From: Lama guanicoe
Taxonomy: Eukaryota
Length of the DNA stretch: 20,000 bases
NCBI GenBank assembly: GCA_013239625.1
Contig: MU056050.1
Location: forward strand, 215,027 to 235,026
Direction: 5' to 3'
Every line of letters begins with the position of its first letter. Position 1 is the stretch's first letter. The notes beneath the pieces are model-generated. The model ran no database searches. It saw only the letters and a program-made list of their open reading frames with translations, and was not told the origin of the DNA. Of the stretch, positions 19,702 through 20,000 are shown piece by piece. The position numbers were made by a program, and so were the translations under genes.

Positions 19702-19873
19702 NNNNNNNNNNNNNNNNNNNNNNNNNNNNNNNNNNNNNNNNNNNNNNNNNNNNNNNNNNNNNNNNNNNNNNNNNNNNNNNNNNNNNNNNNNNNNNNNNNN
19801 NNNNNNNNNNNNNNNNNNNNNNNNNNNNNNNNNNNNNNNNNNNNNNNNNNNNNNNNNNNNNNNNNNNNNNNNN
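19702..19873. other. Assembly gap (172 N)
   Basis: Run of N characters. Confidence 1.
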
Positions 19874-20000
19874 ATGAAGAACTGGTCATTAGGTAGCAAA
19901 ACACTAGAAATCTTATCAGGATTTGTTCGTTTAATTTTGTCTTGCTTGTTAAAAAAATGGATCCATAATTTATAGCTCTCAGGTGAGAAAACAAAACAAT

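Noticed and set aside
19669..19994. ORFs spanning the N run
   Set aside because: Artefacts of the assembly gap.

Overview
This window is mammalian genomic DNA, very probably camelid, judged from a tRNA-Ala-derived Vic-1-type SINE at 9079-9229. Most of it is interspersed repeat: several L1s of different ages, L2, MIR and ERVL/MaLR LTR relics. The one credible gene is a TEX13-family (TEX13C/D-like) ORF at 14989-16005 (+) inside a CpG island; the family is X-linked and testis-expressed in other mammals. Four observations stand out. (1) A decayed RanBP2-type zinc finger lies just past the TEX13 stop codon. (2) A strong splice donor/acceptor pair (15983-16605) would remove exactly that dead finger. 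(3) A TSD-bounded, internally deleted L1 (9638-13686) appears to carry a ~220-bp 3' transduction. (4) A palindromic ~50-bp insertion at 871-920 resembles a p53 response element. All family and subfamily names come from recognising the sequence by eye; no database searches were run. There is an assembly gap at 19702-19873.
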